A stretch of 63,901 bases of DNA, counting the filler, from Vannella sp. (taxonomy: Eukaryota): assembly GCA_023345925.1 (NCBI GenBank). It is 6 parts of 6 records of this genome, joined end to end, with 100 filler letters (N's around TTAATTAATTAA, not from the genome) between each part and the next. Parts side by side here need not be neighbours in the genome. Positions count along the whole stretch, not along the records: positions 39,178 to 52,735 come from JAJQQN010001129.1; positions 52,836 to 59,847 come from JAJQQN010001084.1; positions 59,948 to 63,901 come from JAJQQN010000753.1; 3 more parts are not named here. One strand, given 5' to 3'. Both the position numbers and the translations under genes were made by a program. The notes under the pieces are model-generated. The model ran no database searches, was not told the DNA's origin, and worked only from the letters and a program-made list of their open reading frames with translations. Positions 49,201 to 60,730 of the stretch are shown piece after piece (position 1 is the stretch's first letter; each line of letters begins with the position of its first letter).

Positions 49201-49316
49201 CCGAAAACATTCAGAAACTGACCCAAATCCTCATCCAGTTGAGTAACTTGGACGGAAGCCCTTCCGTTCAACGCCTCTCGGAAACCCTTTTGGGAAACCT
49301 TCCCGCTTTGTCGTAA
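46235..49316 (+). CDS. Large ARM/HEAT-repeat protein of unknown function
   Basis: Two long Leu-rich helical ORFs joined near 47400-47470. Motifs VFELLSPLLMLRVAPL, DIRKVAAE and RLGGLKILGSLM. Confidence 0.65.
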
Positions 49317-49343
49317 TACGGAATACAATTCACTTTTACTGAC

Positions 49344-52300
49344 TCAGTTTGCAAATTCCAGCTCGTCGTCATCATCCCACTGAGGGTCTGAAGCGTCTTT
49401 TGGTGGGGAATTCTCTTTTTCTTTGTTGGGAAGGTCTTCCAAAGGTTCGAAGTCCTCAGAGAACTCTGGGAACGAGGAAGGAGTTGCAATTTCCCATGTT
49501 CCCTCTCCGAACTCGAACCCCAAATCCCCTGGCTCTGCTTTGGATGAGGGCCATTCAAAAGACTCTTCATCGCCTGCCTGGTTTGAGGTTGGATCTCCCT
49601 TCTCTTCCTCTGAGTAGGCTTGATCTCTTGGCGGAGATCTGGATATGTCATCCACATCGTCTTCCTCAGAGACTTCTTGTGAAGATTGGGGTCTTTCAGT
49701 CTTGCCTTCGTCTTCGTCTTCAAAGGAATCGTTCCTTGGTGATTGGGTCGAGATTTTTTGGTCGTCTTCGAGCCCATCTTGAACCTCAGGAAAGTCTTCA
49801 GGTTCAGGGAAGGCTTCAGCTTCTGGAAAATCTGGAACATAGGAACGCGGCAAAGAGGAGACAGTTTGGTCGAAGCTCTCAATCGTATCGCCTGATTCCT
49901 CAGGAACATCGAAGGGCGAGTCTTCAAGATCACTCATAAACACCTTGTTTGCGACATTGGGCTTTTGGTAATCAGGAAGTTGGAAAGTCTGTTCAGGGAA
50001 TTCAACTCGAAGCTCATCCGCTTCGAAGTCTTCTCGTTGCTTCTGCAGGATTGCCTGTCGTTTGGCTTCAGTGAGTCGCCTGAAAGTCTCTGGGGAATAT
50101 TCTTGGCGCCTCTTATACTTTTCTACCTCCATCTCAGCCAGTCGCATCGCTTCTTCATCGGACATATTCGCCCGAGCCGATGTTCTGCGTCTCTCTTCGT
50201 ATTTCAGACGTTCTTCTTCTGCACGCTTACGGCGTTCCTCTAACTCTACTTGAAGCAACTGCTCTTCTCGCTCTTCAGCACGTTTCAGGAGGATCCTGAG
50301 AGCTTCTTGGTGAGCCCGACAGTCTTCTACTTGCTGTGCTGTTGTCTTCTGCTTAATTTGGTCTCCCAAAGTGGCGTGGACGAGCTGTGCGACCACTTGC
50401 TCGCCACATTTACTCTGGTCCTTCATGAGCTTATTTACATAAAGTAGCCCATCGTGGAGCTGTCGGGAAAGGTGATCGATTCGACGCATGCTCTCCACCA
50501 CTTCAGCAGTCACCTTTGCTTTCCACTCGAGGAACTTTTCTGCTGCAAAGTTCCAGTCGCCACCACTGTCACTTGAAGGATAGATTTGGACCATCTTACT
50601 CATAACGCCTTGAAGGTTCCCTTCAATTTCTTCATGCAGTTCCTGCTTCCTCTTGTAACGCTCTTCCGCGCGTTTTGCTGTCTCATTGCTGGAAGCAATG
50701 CGTTCTCGCTCACGAGCTGCCTCTGCGGCACCTTCCTCACTTGTTTCAGAGTCCATTTGTTGGATTGCCTCTTCTGTCAGTGTTTCTGGGGCTACAGGAG
50801 GTGCTCCAATGGTGAGGTTCTCTTCAAAACAGTCCACCATTTCACGGAGCTTGATTTGCGCATCTTTGTAAGCTCGAGCTTCGTGTAACATATTCTCTGG
50901 ACATTCAGTTGGATTCTCAACGCCCTCCAATAGGCGAGCTAGCATGGGTTCGCACTGCTCCACATGCTTTTGAACCGCGTTAGTCTTCCCGTAGAAGCTA
51001 TGACGGTCCAAGAGCGCATAAAGATACTCTGCCTTGCCCAATCTCTCCCTCAAAGCTTCGTATTGACCGTGAACGATCTTCAGATTCTTGTAAATGTTCT
51101 CCCGAATAATCTCGGTTCCATTGGCATGGACGAGCATCTGCAGAATAGCTTCATCTCCACTCGCCTTTGCTATTTTTAAGGCCTTCTGCCATACTTCTGG
51201 CCCTCCTAAAGATTCCATTCCATAACGGCGCAAAAGTGACCGCACAATCTCCGCTTGTTTCGCTCTGACAGCCTCCATTAAGGGAGAGTATCCTCCCTTG
51301 TTGACCAGAAGAATGTCTGCTTTCTGGGCAATGAGGAGATCCATGCAATCCAAAGTGCCCCGGGTGCAGCAATCTAACAAAGCGCTATTGCCCCGAGCGT
51401 CTTTGCTGTTTGGATTGGCCTTAGCTTCTAAAAGGATTCTGCCAATCTCCTTGTGGTTGGCGTGACAAGCGTACTGCAAAGGAGTGGCCAACTTGGAGTC
51501 TCTTCTGTCCACATGAGCACCATTCTCGAGCAGCCACGAAACGACGTCTTTCTCTCCTGTCCAAGAAGCCTTATGGAGAGCTGTGGCACCAGTGGCATCG
51601 TCTGAGTGGATGTCAGCACCGTTTTGCAGGAGCAATTGGATCACATTAAGGTGCCCACTCGAGGCAGCCTTGTGCAAAGGCGTTGCCCCATTCCGGTCGC
51701 GTGCACGGAAGTTAGCACCGCGTTTGATGAGCTCTTCTGCTATGCTGAGGTAGCCTTTGACAGCTACTCGATGGAGTAAAGTCAGTCCTGACATGTCCCA
51801 ACCCGATTAGCGCACTGAGGGAGGGCTCAACGCGCTAGAATGAGCTACCTTGGTCATCTGTATCTTCTATGTTCGCGTTGCGGTTGAGGAGAAGCTTCAC
51901 TACCTCCAAGCGGCCCGTTGTGGCCGCCAATTGGATCGGAGAAGCGTTCTTCTTGTCACGGGGAGCCACCCTTGCTCCCCGAGAGAGAAGCATCATAACA
52001 ATGGATTCGTTACCTTGGGCTGAAGCATAGTGCAAAGGCGTAGCGCTGTTCACATCGAGAGCTTCGATGTTGGCTCCAGCCATTGCCAGCTGTGTGGCGA
52101 TGTCCAGGTTCCCTTTCCAACAGACCTGAGTAGCCTTTGTTAAGGAGAGACAAGAAAAAGGACTTGCTACAGGACCCCTACCTTGTGGAGAGCAGTGCAG
52201 CCATCTTTGTCCTTCGCCTCCACATCAACGTCAGCCTCAAGGATGAGGGGGAGGCAATGAGAGACTTGGTTCCATGCCAAAGCGTGCAGAGGCGTCTGGA

Positions 52301-52523
52301 GCATGTCATTGGCGCGAGTAGGATCCGCACCAGCTTCGAGGAACAACGAAATCAAATCTTCCCGTCCGTGCGTGCAAGCCCATCGCAAAGCGGTCTCTCC
52401 GTTCGTGTCCTGATCATCCAGAGACCCAAATGGGTTGTCTTCTTCGAACTGAATCCGACGGACGATCTCCTCTGCCTTCTCCCGAGAGATTGTGCCGTCC
52501 CTGCACGCTTCCGCCAAGGACAT
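49344..52523 (-). CDS. Ankyrin-repeat protein with coiled-coil and acidic C-terminus
   Basis: More than 10 ANK repeats (GETAL, QTPLH, ATPLHYA, GATPLHKAA, GYSPL) over three exons, followed by a coiled coil and an acidic low-complexity tail. Confidence 0.88.
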
Positions 52524-52584
52524 CCAAAGAATGCTTCTGACGAGCATCCCATTCCCCTCCTGACCTTCCTTTTCATTCATTGGG

Positions 52585-52735
52585 ATGCCCTTCGGCGACC
52601 ACACGCTCCTCCTCTCCCTCGAAGGAGGCCTTTTCGCTTTTGGAGACAACAGACAGGGCCAACTCAGTCTCGGTCATAAGAACAACGAACAGAAACCAGT
52701 GGAGGTCCCCTGGGATGGCCCGCAGCCGGTTCAGG
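52585..52735 (+). CDS. RCC1-repeat protein, N-terminal fragment at contig end
   Basis: GDHTLLLSLEGGLFAFGDNRQGQLSLG is a canonical RCC1 repeat. Confidence 0.7.
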
Positions 52736-52835
52736 NNNNNNNNNNNNNNNNNNNNNNNNNNNNNNNNNNNNNNNNNNNNTTAATTAATTAANNNNNNNNN
52801 NNNNNNNNNNNNNNNNNNNNNNNNNNNNNNNNNNN
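52736..52835. other. Artificial contig linker
   Basis: N44-TTAATTAATTAA-N44. Confidence 0.98.
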
Positions 52836-52956
52836 CCAAGCCGACCCCTGACAGCGAACATCAGAGAAATGACAAGTCATTATTAATCAAATCATTAAAA
52901 TCGAACAAAGAAGGATAGTGCAATCCCAGATTCATGGCGAAACCCAAGATGATAAT

Positions 52957-53019
52957 GGACCAATCAAAGGAGCTCCCGGGGCGGACCAATCAGCGAATCC
53001 TCTTGGGAGACACCAATCG
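52957..53019 (+). promoter_or_regulatory. Three tandem CCAAT boxes upstream of RGS-RasGAP
   Basis: CCAATC at 52960, 52986 and 53013 (26-27 nt spacing), ending 40 nt before ATG 53058. Confidence 0.55.
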
Positions 53020-53057
53020 TTTGCCTATTTGCTGGGAGTCTCCTCTTTCGAGCAGGG

Positions 53058-54939
53058 ATGGAGGATGACACTTTGTCGTTGGTCCTAGAGAAGGACGCGA
53101 AAGAGGCCAACGCCTTTGCGGTGTATCTGGAGGAGAGTGGGGAAGCGGCCTACTTGCAGTTTTGGTTACTTGTCGAGGTTTACCGTCGTACCTGGCCCTT
53201 AGAGAAGCGCGCGAGCATGGGAAAGGAGCTATTTGAATGCTATCTCACACCCACAGTGCCAACCTTCCTCAGACTAGACGACAACATCCGTCAAGACGTA
53301 GCAGGGGCTCTCACACCTCGTAACGCCGCAGGGGACGTCTTCCTAGAGGCTCATAAGGCAGTATGGAACGTGTTAACCCACTTATACGCCATATATTGCG
53401 TTGTGTCCGCTAGCAAACAGGGTAAGCCTCACAAACCGCTCTCCAAACTCCTTCTGACCGTTTGCAGATCGGAGGAAGGCCAAGAAGAAGCCTTCTCCAC
53501 CGCTTGATGGGTTGATTGAAAGGTGAAGTGAAGCCCTACCGACTCAAATGTGCCCCCACTCACGCCTGAATAGCCATCAGGTGCGAGAAGGGATTGCCAA
53601 AGCGCCGTTAGTTCGTAATAGCTCGGACTACCGTGGCTTGTCACTCGGACTGAACGATCTCCCCGTTCCTCTCTCTCACTATATATCTGAGCCCTCCTTC
53701 AGCGCCCTAATGGGTGGCGAGTCATTCTCTCCCACGATGTCTCCGCGGTCCAGGGATGAGTTCATCAAGGTGAGAGGCGCTCTTAGCTCATTACAAGCAC
53801 CAAGTTGACCGCAGAGAGTACAGCTGCTGACAACAGAGCCCTTTGACTTGGTGAGGGAGCTTGTGGCACTCTCTTTCGAAACAGAACACTCGGATTACCT
53901 ATGTGACGCCATCGTGGACCTCTTCTTGGTGATGGATAGACTTACGCCTCTTCTCCAAAGCCTTGCGCAACGAGAGGTGAAGGCTTTAGATGGCACTACA
54001 AACACAGAACTCTTCCGGAAGCACAGCGTCGTCTCACAGTTGCTCTCATCGCTGATTCAACGGACTTGTGAGACCTATCGAGAGCAGATCTTATCACAGG
54101 TTGTCCTTGCAGTCGGCAAACACACCCGCGAAGGACAACTCTTCGATGTAAGCTCGTATGAAAGGCAAAAGGAGAGAGCTGACCGCTTTGGAACAGGTGG
54201 AAGGCTCAAACAACAAGAAGCTGTCAACGTCTCTGTCGCTGTTCGACAAGGAGGTGGAGAAGCTGGTGAACTGCGTCATATCCTCGTCCTCCAAGCTACC
54301 TTCGTAAGTCGCTACATTGCCCTTTGCCCTTGCTGACCTCTCAAAGCATCGTGAGACGCCAACTTCATATCTTACGAGAGGCAGTGGATGAGCTACTGCC
54401 AGGAGAAGGTCGCAATGCCGTGAGCACAATCTTCTTTGTCCACTTTCTCTATCCAGAGCTGGTGTACCCTGACCGTTGGTTCTCCTTCTCTGGTAAGAAG
54501 AATCTGTCCCTTGTTTCCACTTCTCTGACGAGAGATAGACCCCGTCTCGCGTGTGTACAGGAAGGGCTTAAGCGCCATGGGGAAGGTGATCATTTACCTC
54601 TCTTCCCAGTCCAGTCCCTTGGATGTGATGGCTCCTATCAACCGTTGCTTAACCGAGGAGCGTCAAGCAGGTCTACAAAGCTTCGCAGAAGAGATCTGCA
54701 AAGCTCCAGAGGGACCGGCGGAGGATCCTCTCCTTTGGATCGGTGATCCCTCGACGAAGAAGGACGCTGCCGCTGTACTTGTCATCAGTACGCAGCTGGT
54801 GAAGAACTTTACAAGCACCAACATGGCCACTCTGTGGCGGCGCATCATCAGACATCCGGAGATCGCGCGTGGCTTCTTCCCTTTCATCCGTAGTGGCTTT
54901 GAGACACTCTGCAACCAGACGCAAGTCGAGGATAAATGA
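53058..54939 (+). CDS. RGS domain-RasGAP-like fusion protein, multi-exon
   Basis: RGS domain (FAVYLEE...LQFWLLVEVYR...LFECYL...FLEAHKAV). GAP region LAQREV...ELFRKHSVVSQLL and AVSTIFFVHFLYPELVYP. Several short introns. Confidence 0.75.
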
Positions 54940-54976
54940 GTCTTCATGTACCTGGGCCGCTTCTGCGGTCATTTGC

Positions 54977-56299
54977 ATGCGTTCCTGTCGAGGCCAACGT
55001 CCTCTTGCTTCGGTTCTCCGTTGGTTTGGGACGGGAGCGGAGGAAGAGGCTACTCCGGTGTTACTTGATCAAGAGGGAGTGTATGGATGGGGTCATTCGG
55101 ACCGAGGACAGCTGGGACAAGGCAAACAGTCGAAGTTAATGAAGAAGATCTCCCTCCTCGACTTTGCTTCCCTTCCCGGGCTGCAGCACGTTCGAGCACA
55201 AGAAGAAGGAAGCGTCTTCATCACGCGCAGCCAAGAGCGCAACTGCTTCTTCGGGACGGGCGATGGGACTTCAGGCGCTTCTGGCTTTCAAGAAGAGGAC
55301 CCAATCTTCACTCCCATCCCTTTCCAAGGTGCTCCTGTGAGCTCTGAGGAACCTATCGAGACAGAGGCTATCATAGAAGTGTCTTGTGGACGCTTTCACA
55401 CTCTCTATCGGACAGGTGAGGCGGAGTTCTTCTTTGTTCCGTACATCTGACTGGATACCGAAGTGGGAGGACAGCTGTATGCTTCTGGAAGTTGCAGACA
55501 GGGTCAACTTGGCCTAGGAAAGGTGATGGACGTTCCAACACTCTTCCCAGTGCCAATACCACTTCCAGAAGCAGTTTCTCACATCTCCAGCGGCTGCTTC
55601 CACTCGCTGGTAGTCACAGAAGGAGGCCAGATGTTCTCATGGGGTGCCAACCTTTGTTTTCAGCTGGGACATGGAGACTGGAACCCTCGGTACCAGCCCC
55701 AACTCGTAGACCAGTTGCCAGGCAGAGTTCGAACAGCCTCCACCTCCACTTTCCACACTCTGGCAGTGTTACAAGACAACCGACTGTTCGGTTGGGGACA
55801 GAACAAAGAAGGGCAACTCGGCCGGAATAAGACAGATTCCGAAAGGACAATTCCGGCACCCAAAGAGATTCCCCACGACATTCCTGAGCCCATTGTTCGA
55901 GTAGATTGTGGTCTGAACCACGCTCTCTTGTTAGGAGAATCAGGCCAAGTCTATGCCTTTGGCAATAACGCGCTGTCCCAACTGGGGAAGGAAGTCCTCT
56001 TTGCCTCCGCCCTCCAAAAGCCCCTCCGGGTCGACGCTTTGGCGGGCGTGCGGGTGGTTGATATCCTGGCCAAGTCGTATTTTAGCTTCGCTACTACGGA
56101 TACAGGGCAGCTCTGGGGATGGGGCTACTCTTCAGACTATCAATTCGGCATCACGAGAGAGGCCCAATGGAGTGTCCCCCACCTTATTGCAGAAGCAGGG
56201 CCTCTCCTGCGTATGAAAAACATCTCATCAGGAGGTTATCATCACTATATTCACCTGCAAAAGGACCTTCCTCATGCGGGCACTCGGAATAGTCTCTAA
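54977..56299 (+). CDS. RCC1-repeat protein with possible mitochondrial presequence
   Basis: Arg-rich, acid-free N-terminus MRSCRGQRPLASVLRWFG. Repeats VYGWG.SDRGQLG, SCGRFHTL, SSGCFHSL, FGWGQNKEGQLG and DCGLNHAL. One intron at ~55416-55473. Confidence 0.85.
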
Positions 56300-56300
56300 T

Positions 56301-57357
56301 TCAAGCTGGAGACATTTCTGTGTCTTCCAAACGGGACATTCTCTTGAACTCAAAGGTGCATCGAGTGTCACCTTCACACATACAACTGAGGCGGGATAAA
56401 CGGAAACCATGACGGTCAACATCAACGTTTCGCCCCCAAGTGTGGTACCAGGAACAGGCCACTTTGGCCAAGAAGTTTCGCTCCTCTTTGGCAAAGAAGT
56501 CCTTGAAGAAGCACCGCTCGTACTCTATGTACACTGAGGAGCTATACTCGTCCGTATACTTCTGGTAATCGAAGCCAGGGCCAAGTAATGACAAAGGAAT
56601 GTACTCGGTGAAGCGGTCAATCGTCATCACCGGGTCGCCAACCATTGGGAATCTCATCAAAGCAGCAACCATTGATGAACCTTGGTCTATGATAGAGTCT
56701 AAAGTGGGTTAGGTCGGTCAGGCAGCCGTTTTGGGTGGGCAATTGACCTTGCATGATGAGGAGGAGCTTATTGTGATCAGAGACTCCCCCTTTGAGGTAC
56801 TCATATGCTCCCAAGATCGTATTGGCGACGTTTAGATGCCCTGCAGACGGTGTCAGGTGGTAAGAGAAGCAGAGAGACCTCACCTCTTGTTGCCGGGTCA
56901 AGCCGTCCCCCTAACTCAGCGCACAGGCTTTTGTTCCGAGTCTCGATGTCCTTTTCCAGTACATCGAAAGCTTCTTCTGTCAGGAGCGGACTCTTTAAGG
57001 TGTGAGGGAGCACCAAGAGAGGAGAAAAAGGGTTCGTACATGTTCGAGGAAGAGTCCTGGGCTGGCAGAGCAGCGGGTACGGAGCGACTCCAGGAAGAAG
57101 GGGAGGAAGATGCGCTTTGAGTACTTCTCATAGGCTATGGGAAGGCATCTGCCGATCAGGGGCGGCTTCTTCCGATCGCAAAACGGATTTGTTCCTTCTC
57201 GACCCTCTTCCTCCATCTTCCCCGGACGTAACCGAGACCACATCTCCCGGGGAGTTCTGAAATCATCCTTACAAGCTTCTCTGGGTCCACAAGCGCCCCC
57301 AGACCGCGCTTCATCCAAGCGCCTCATCCGGCACGCCAAAACAGCCGCCCTGCGCAT
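56301..57357 (-). CDS. ATC-hydrolase-like (L-2-amino-thiazoline-4-carboxylate hydrolase/V4R-related) domain protein, multi-exon; start uncertain
   Basis: The C-terminal ERCFFKDFF...LAKVACSW...GFRLSRLSCMCEGDTRCTFEF resembles the C..C..R...GxxxCxFxF pattern of that family. Upstream exons have GT-AG introns. Confidence 0.5.
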
Positions 57358-57402
57358 GGCACTTCCAAGAAATGAGCGTCTACAGAGGGTCAAACGAAAG
57401 GT

Positions 57403-58165
57403 TTATGCATTACCCTTGTCATCCTCTGGCTGCGGGCACTCTTTAAAGAGAATGTCAAAGTGACATTCTTCTCCCCAAAGACTTGGAGAGCTTTCGTGAA
57501 GCTGGAAGCCCCTTTTGGCGTAGAATTGGGAAGCTCTCTGGTTGGCTTTGATACAGGTTAGCATCACAGAGTCCATCTGGAAGATGGAGCCGACATCTTC
57601 GAGAATCTGATCATGCAACTCAGTTTTCTAGCCATCCTGAAGACGAAGAGGACTGCTTTAGGGATATGGAGGTATGTAACCCTACCTGTAATAACTCTGA
57701 GCCTATGTGAAGCCCCTGGGCCTTTGGAGCGAGTTGAAGTTCGTAACAGTAAACGACGTCGTCCTCGTCCTCCTCGGTAAAGCGGTAATGACAGAACCCA
57801 AGAAGCTGATTTGATAGGATGTGCCCTGCCTTTGCAGCTGGAGACACTGCAACGAGGAAACGAGCTTGATCGGAGAACATTTCTGCTTGTTTGGCCTGTT
57901 CGTCCCATCCACCGGTTGCTTGGTACAGCTCTTTCATGTTTCCCCTCAACAGATCCATCAGAAGGTCCATTTGACCTGTCTCTATCAAGCAAGCTGCCGT
58001 TCCATGGAGGATCTTCACATCTCTCCCCCCGCTCTTCCTCAGTTCTCTTCCTCTCGCCTTCCCAGCTCCTCACCTCCCCACTGCATCGATCACCAGCTCC
58101 TCTTCTCCATACACTCTTTGCAAAGGATTGGCGCAGCGGTTCGCCCGCTCCACAAACTCAGACAT
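57403..58165 (-). CDS. NAA40: N-alpha-acetyltransferase 40 (NatD, histone H4/H2A)
   Basis: VERANRCANPL, NMKELY...GWDEQAKQAEM, GFCHYRF, VVYCYELQL, QGLHIG, VMLTCIKANQRA.QFY and LHESSP. Two introns. Confidence 0.88.
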
Positions 58166-58253
58166 CCAAGAAGGGAATGATTTTCCCGCCAATTCTTCGC
58201 CCTTGCCTCCAAACAAGCCAAAACGGGTCAAAGTGACGGTCAAAGAAGTATTG

Positions 58254-59546
58254 TTACAAGGTTGGGGTTGAAAAGAGGAGGAGAGGGCGGGTTTGAAGGG
58301 AAACGCCGCTAATGTCCGGGAAGTGGATGGGAGCTGAGTGCAAATCGGTGTAGACAGAGTCAAACAGGAACTCTGTGCAGTCAGACTCCTCGCAGTGGGT
58401 AGAGCCAACGGCAGGGGTGCCGGTGGAGACGATGTTGCGAAGGCGGATGTCGTGGAAGCCGCTGCTTGGCATGTTTGGGTTCGGGTTGGTGCAGCGGCGG
58501 TAGGCTGTGTCAATGAATAGCAATGCCTCCTTGATATTGCTCATTCTTAGACCGTTCCACTCGACGTCCCTAACGGGATAGCCTGAGTGGGGACAACTCT
58601 TCATGCGGGGTCCGTAGTGGGATCCCTCCATGGTGTTGTTGAGGAAGGTTACATTGCGAATGCCTCCTGCTGTCTCACTACCAAGAGCCAAGCCAGCTCC
58701 TTCTCCAAAGTAGGAGTGGCGAATGACGATGTTTTCGGAAGCTCGTGCAAACTTGAAACCTTCCCAGTTCTCGCCACTCTTGATGCTGATGTGATCGTCA
58801 GCCACTTCGATGTTGACGTTATCGACGACTACGTTACGGCAACTATCCAGATCGATCCCGTCAGTGTTGGGAGAGCCAGGAGGGCTGAAGATGGAGATTC
58901 CTTCCACTGTGATGTCTGTCGAGGCGTAGAAGCGTAGTCCCCAGAATGGAGAGTTGAGCAATGTGATACCAGACACGAAGATATCGCGAGAGTACGCGAG
59001 TTCAACGAGACGAGGGCGGGTGACTTGGAGGCGTCCTTGTCGGTGTAGTGACCACCAGTAGGGACCACTTCCATCGATTGTACCACTTCCAATGATTGAT
59101 ATATGCTCTTGGCCATAGCTGGCCACGAAGCCTTGGTGCCTTAAGGCACTATTCTTCCCTAACGAGAGTGGGTATGATGGAACAGCCTCCACCAAGGGAA
59201 AGTGGAAGATGCTGTTGCTCTCAACAGCTCGTAGACGTGAGCCATACTTGAGAAAGAGTGTTTGGTGGGAGGTGAGGTTCAAGGAGCCCGAGAGGAACGT
59301 CAAAAAGGACTCGAGAACGATCACTTGTTGGACTCGCCCGTCTGATCGACAGCTTTCCAAAGCCTTTCGAAGGGCTCTAGTATCATCCGTCTGTCCATCT
59401 CCCACCGCGCCATAGTCTCGAACATCGCAGAAGGAGATCGGAAGAGACCCACCGATCTGATCACGGACGAAGCGGCGATCTTCCTCCCTCGAGCAAGAGG
59501 CCAAGGACACGAGCAACAGAAGAGCCACTCTCATCACAACACGCAT
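58254..59546 (-). CDS. Secreted GH28 polygalacturonase-like enzyme, intronless
   Basis: Signal peptide, DYGAVGDGQTDDT, GTIDGSGPYWW, RPRLV, LLNSPFW, SPNTDGID, ADDHISIKSG, LGSETAGGIRNV and RMKS. Confidence 0.92.
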   Translation of the reverse strand: MRVVMRVALLLLVSLASCSREEDRRFVRDQIGGSLPISFCDVRDYGAVGDGQTDDTRALRKALESCRSDGRVQQVIVLESFLTFLSGSLNLTSHQTLFLKYGSRLRAVESNSIFHFPLVEAVPSYPLSLGKNSALRHQGFVASYGQEHISIIGSGTIDGSGPYWWSLHRQGRLQVTRPRLVELAYSRDIFVSGITLLNSPFWGLRFYASTDITVEGISIFSPPGSPNTDGIDLDSCRNVVVDNVNIEVADDHISIKSGENWEGFKFARASENIVIRHSYFGEGAGLALGSETAGGIRNVTFLNNTMEGSHYGPRMKSCPHSGYPVRDVEWNGLRMSNIKEALLFIDTAYRRCTNPNPNMPSSGFHDIRLRNIVSTGTPAVGSTHCEESDCTEFLFDSVYTDLHSAPIHFPDISGVSLQTRPLLLFSTPTL

Positions 59547-59847
59547 CTTACCCGACGGGAATCAGAATGACTTCCTCTTCCCTCGTTCGAAAGCCGGAGT
59601 GCATCACCCCGCTAGCTGATTGGTGCGGACTTGGCTGGAATTCCAGTCGGGGTCAAGCTGAGAACTCGATCGAAAGTTTCTGCCCAAATGACGAATATCT
59701 ACGTCATCAAGCCTAAGGGAAGTGCCTGTAGAATGAGCTTCAGAGTCGTGTGACGTCGCCAAAAATATGGTTATTCGAGATTGTCTTATTGTTCGTCTGG
59801 TTGGGGTCGATCCCTTTCTGGGACCTAATGAGGCTACTCTTTGGAGG

Positions 59848-59947
59848 NNNNNNNNNNNNNNNNNNNNNNNNNNNNNNNNNNNNNNNNNNNNTTAATTAAT
59901 TAANNNNNNNNNNNNNNNNNNNNNNNNNNNNNNNNNNNNNNNNNNNN
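59848..59947. other. Artificial contig linker
   Basis: N44-TTAATTAATTAA-N44. Confidence 0.98.
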
Positions 59948-60475
59948 GCTACAACGAATCGCTTGACGGGACTGATGCGGCGCAGAGTCTTCACGAACTC
60001 TTGGGTTGCGTCCATTGCCTTGATAGAAGCTTTGGTCATGGGCATGCGCGCCAACCAGTCGTACTCGAGTGTGTTGTTGATACAGTGGCTCCAAGTGTAA
60101 GCAATTCTGTCATCCTCTTCTCTAGGCTTCTGAGAATGTTCCCCACGAAGGTGAGGGGCTGGTTCGGGATCTGGTAGAGGACCACGCCAATGGTGCCCGG
60201 ACAGCATAGCTCAGCACGTAGGGGTTGATGCGCTTGAGGGATCGTTGAAGAGCTGAGTGCTTCCATCCATAGAGCAAGAGCATGTCCGCTTGGGGGAGCC
60301 ATCAAGGTGGGGATGCAGAACTGCAACCAAGAGTCCAGATCTCTTTGCCGTTCTCCACTTCTCCTGCACTGAACCATTTCTAGAATACGTATGAGAGGGA
60401 GGTCTAGTGGGGGGAAGGTGAAGGCAAGGGCGAACCTGTGAGGTCAAGAAGAGGTTGTGGACGTTGAAGTCGGGC
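59948..60475 (-). pseudogene. Frameshifted AprA/PqaA-family gene remnant
   Basis: Fragments LFLTSQ|KWF..EV, IWT..WLQFCIP, VVLYQIPNQPLTF and REEDDRIAYTW...WLARMPMTKASIKAMDA.QEF...FVV lie in different frames with no intron to explain the shifts. Confidence 0.7.
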
Positions 60476-60671
60476 AAGGGACAATCCGCGTGCTCACCAC
60501 CCCTCTCGTTCTTTTCCATACATCCCAGGGCAAGTGCTGCCGATTACCACGTTCAACGTGGTTCCACCTCGGGCTCTTGCGTCGTCCTAAGGGAATACCG
60601 CTTTGCTGGTTAAGCCACCACACCTCCTACACTTCTATCACCAGCCAAGGAAAGGAGAATCAGCTCCGATC

Positions 60672-60730
60672 CCAAAGCGGGCATTAGCTTTGATCCGACG
60701 CAGCGAAAAGCTCTCGTTTGGGGTGTTCGA
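60672..60730. repeat. Dispersed short element, copy B
   Basis: 31/35 identity to 21652-21686 on another contig. Confidence 0.6.

Noticed and set aside
54936..54939. Bacterial-style ATGA start/stop overlap
   Set aside because: That ATG is not in the RCC1 frame. The in-frame start is 54977.
59580..59612. GTTCGAA T-loop-like motif suggesting a tRNA
   Set aside because: The flanks do not form a T-stem or cloverleaf. I recognised no tRNA or rRNA gene in the window.
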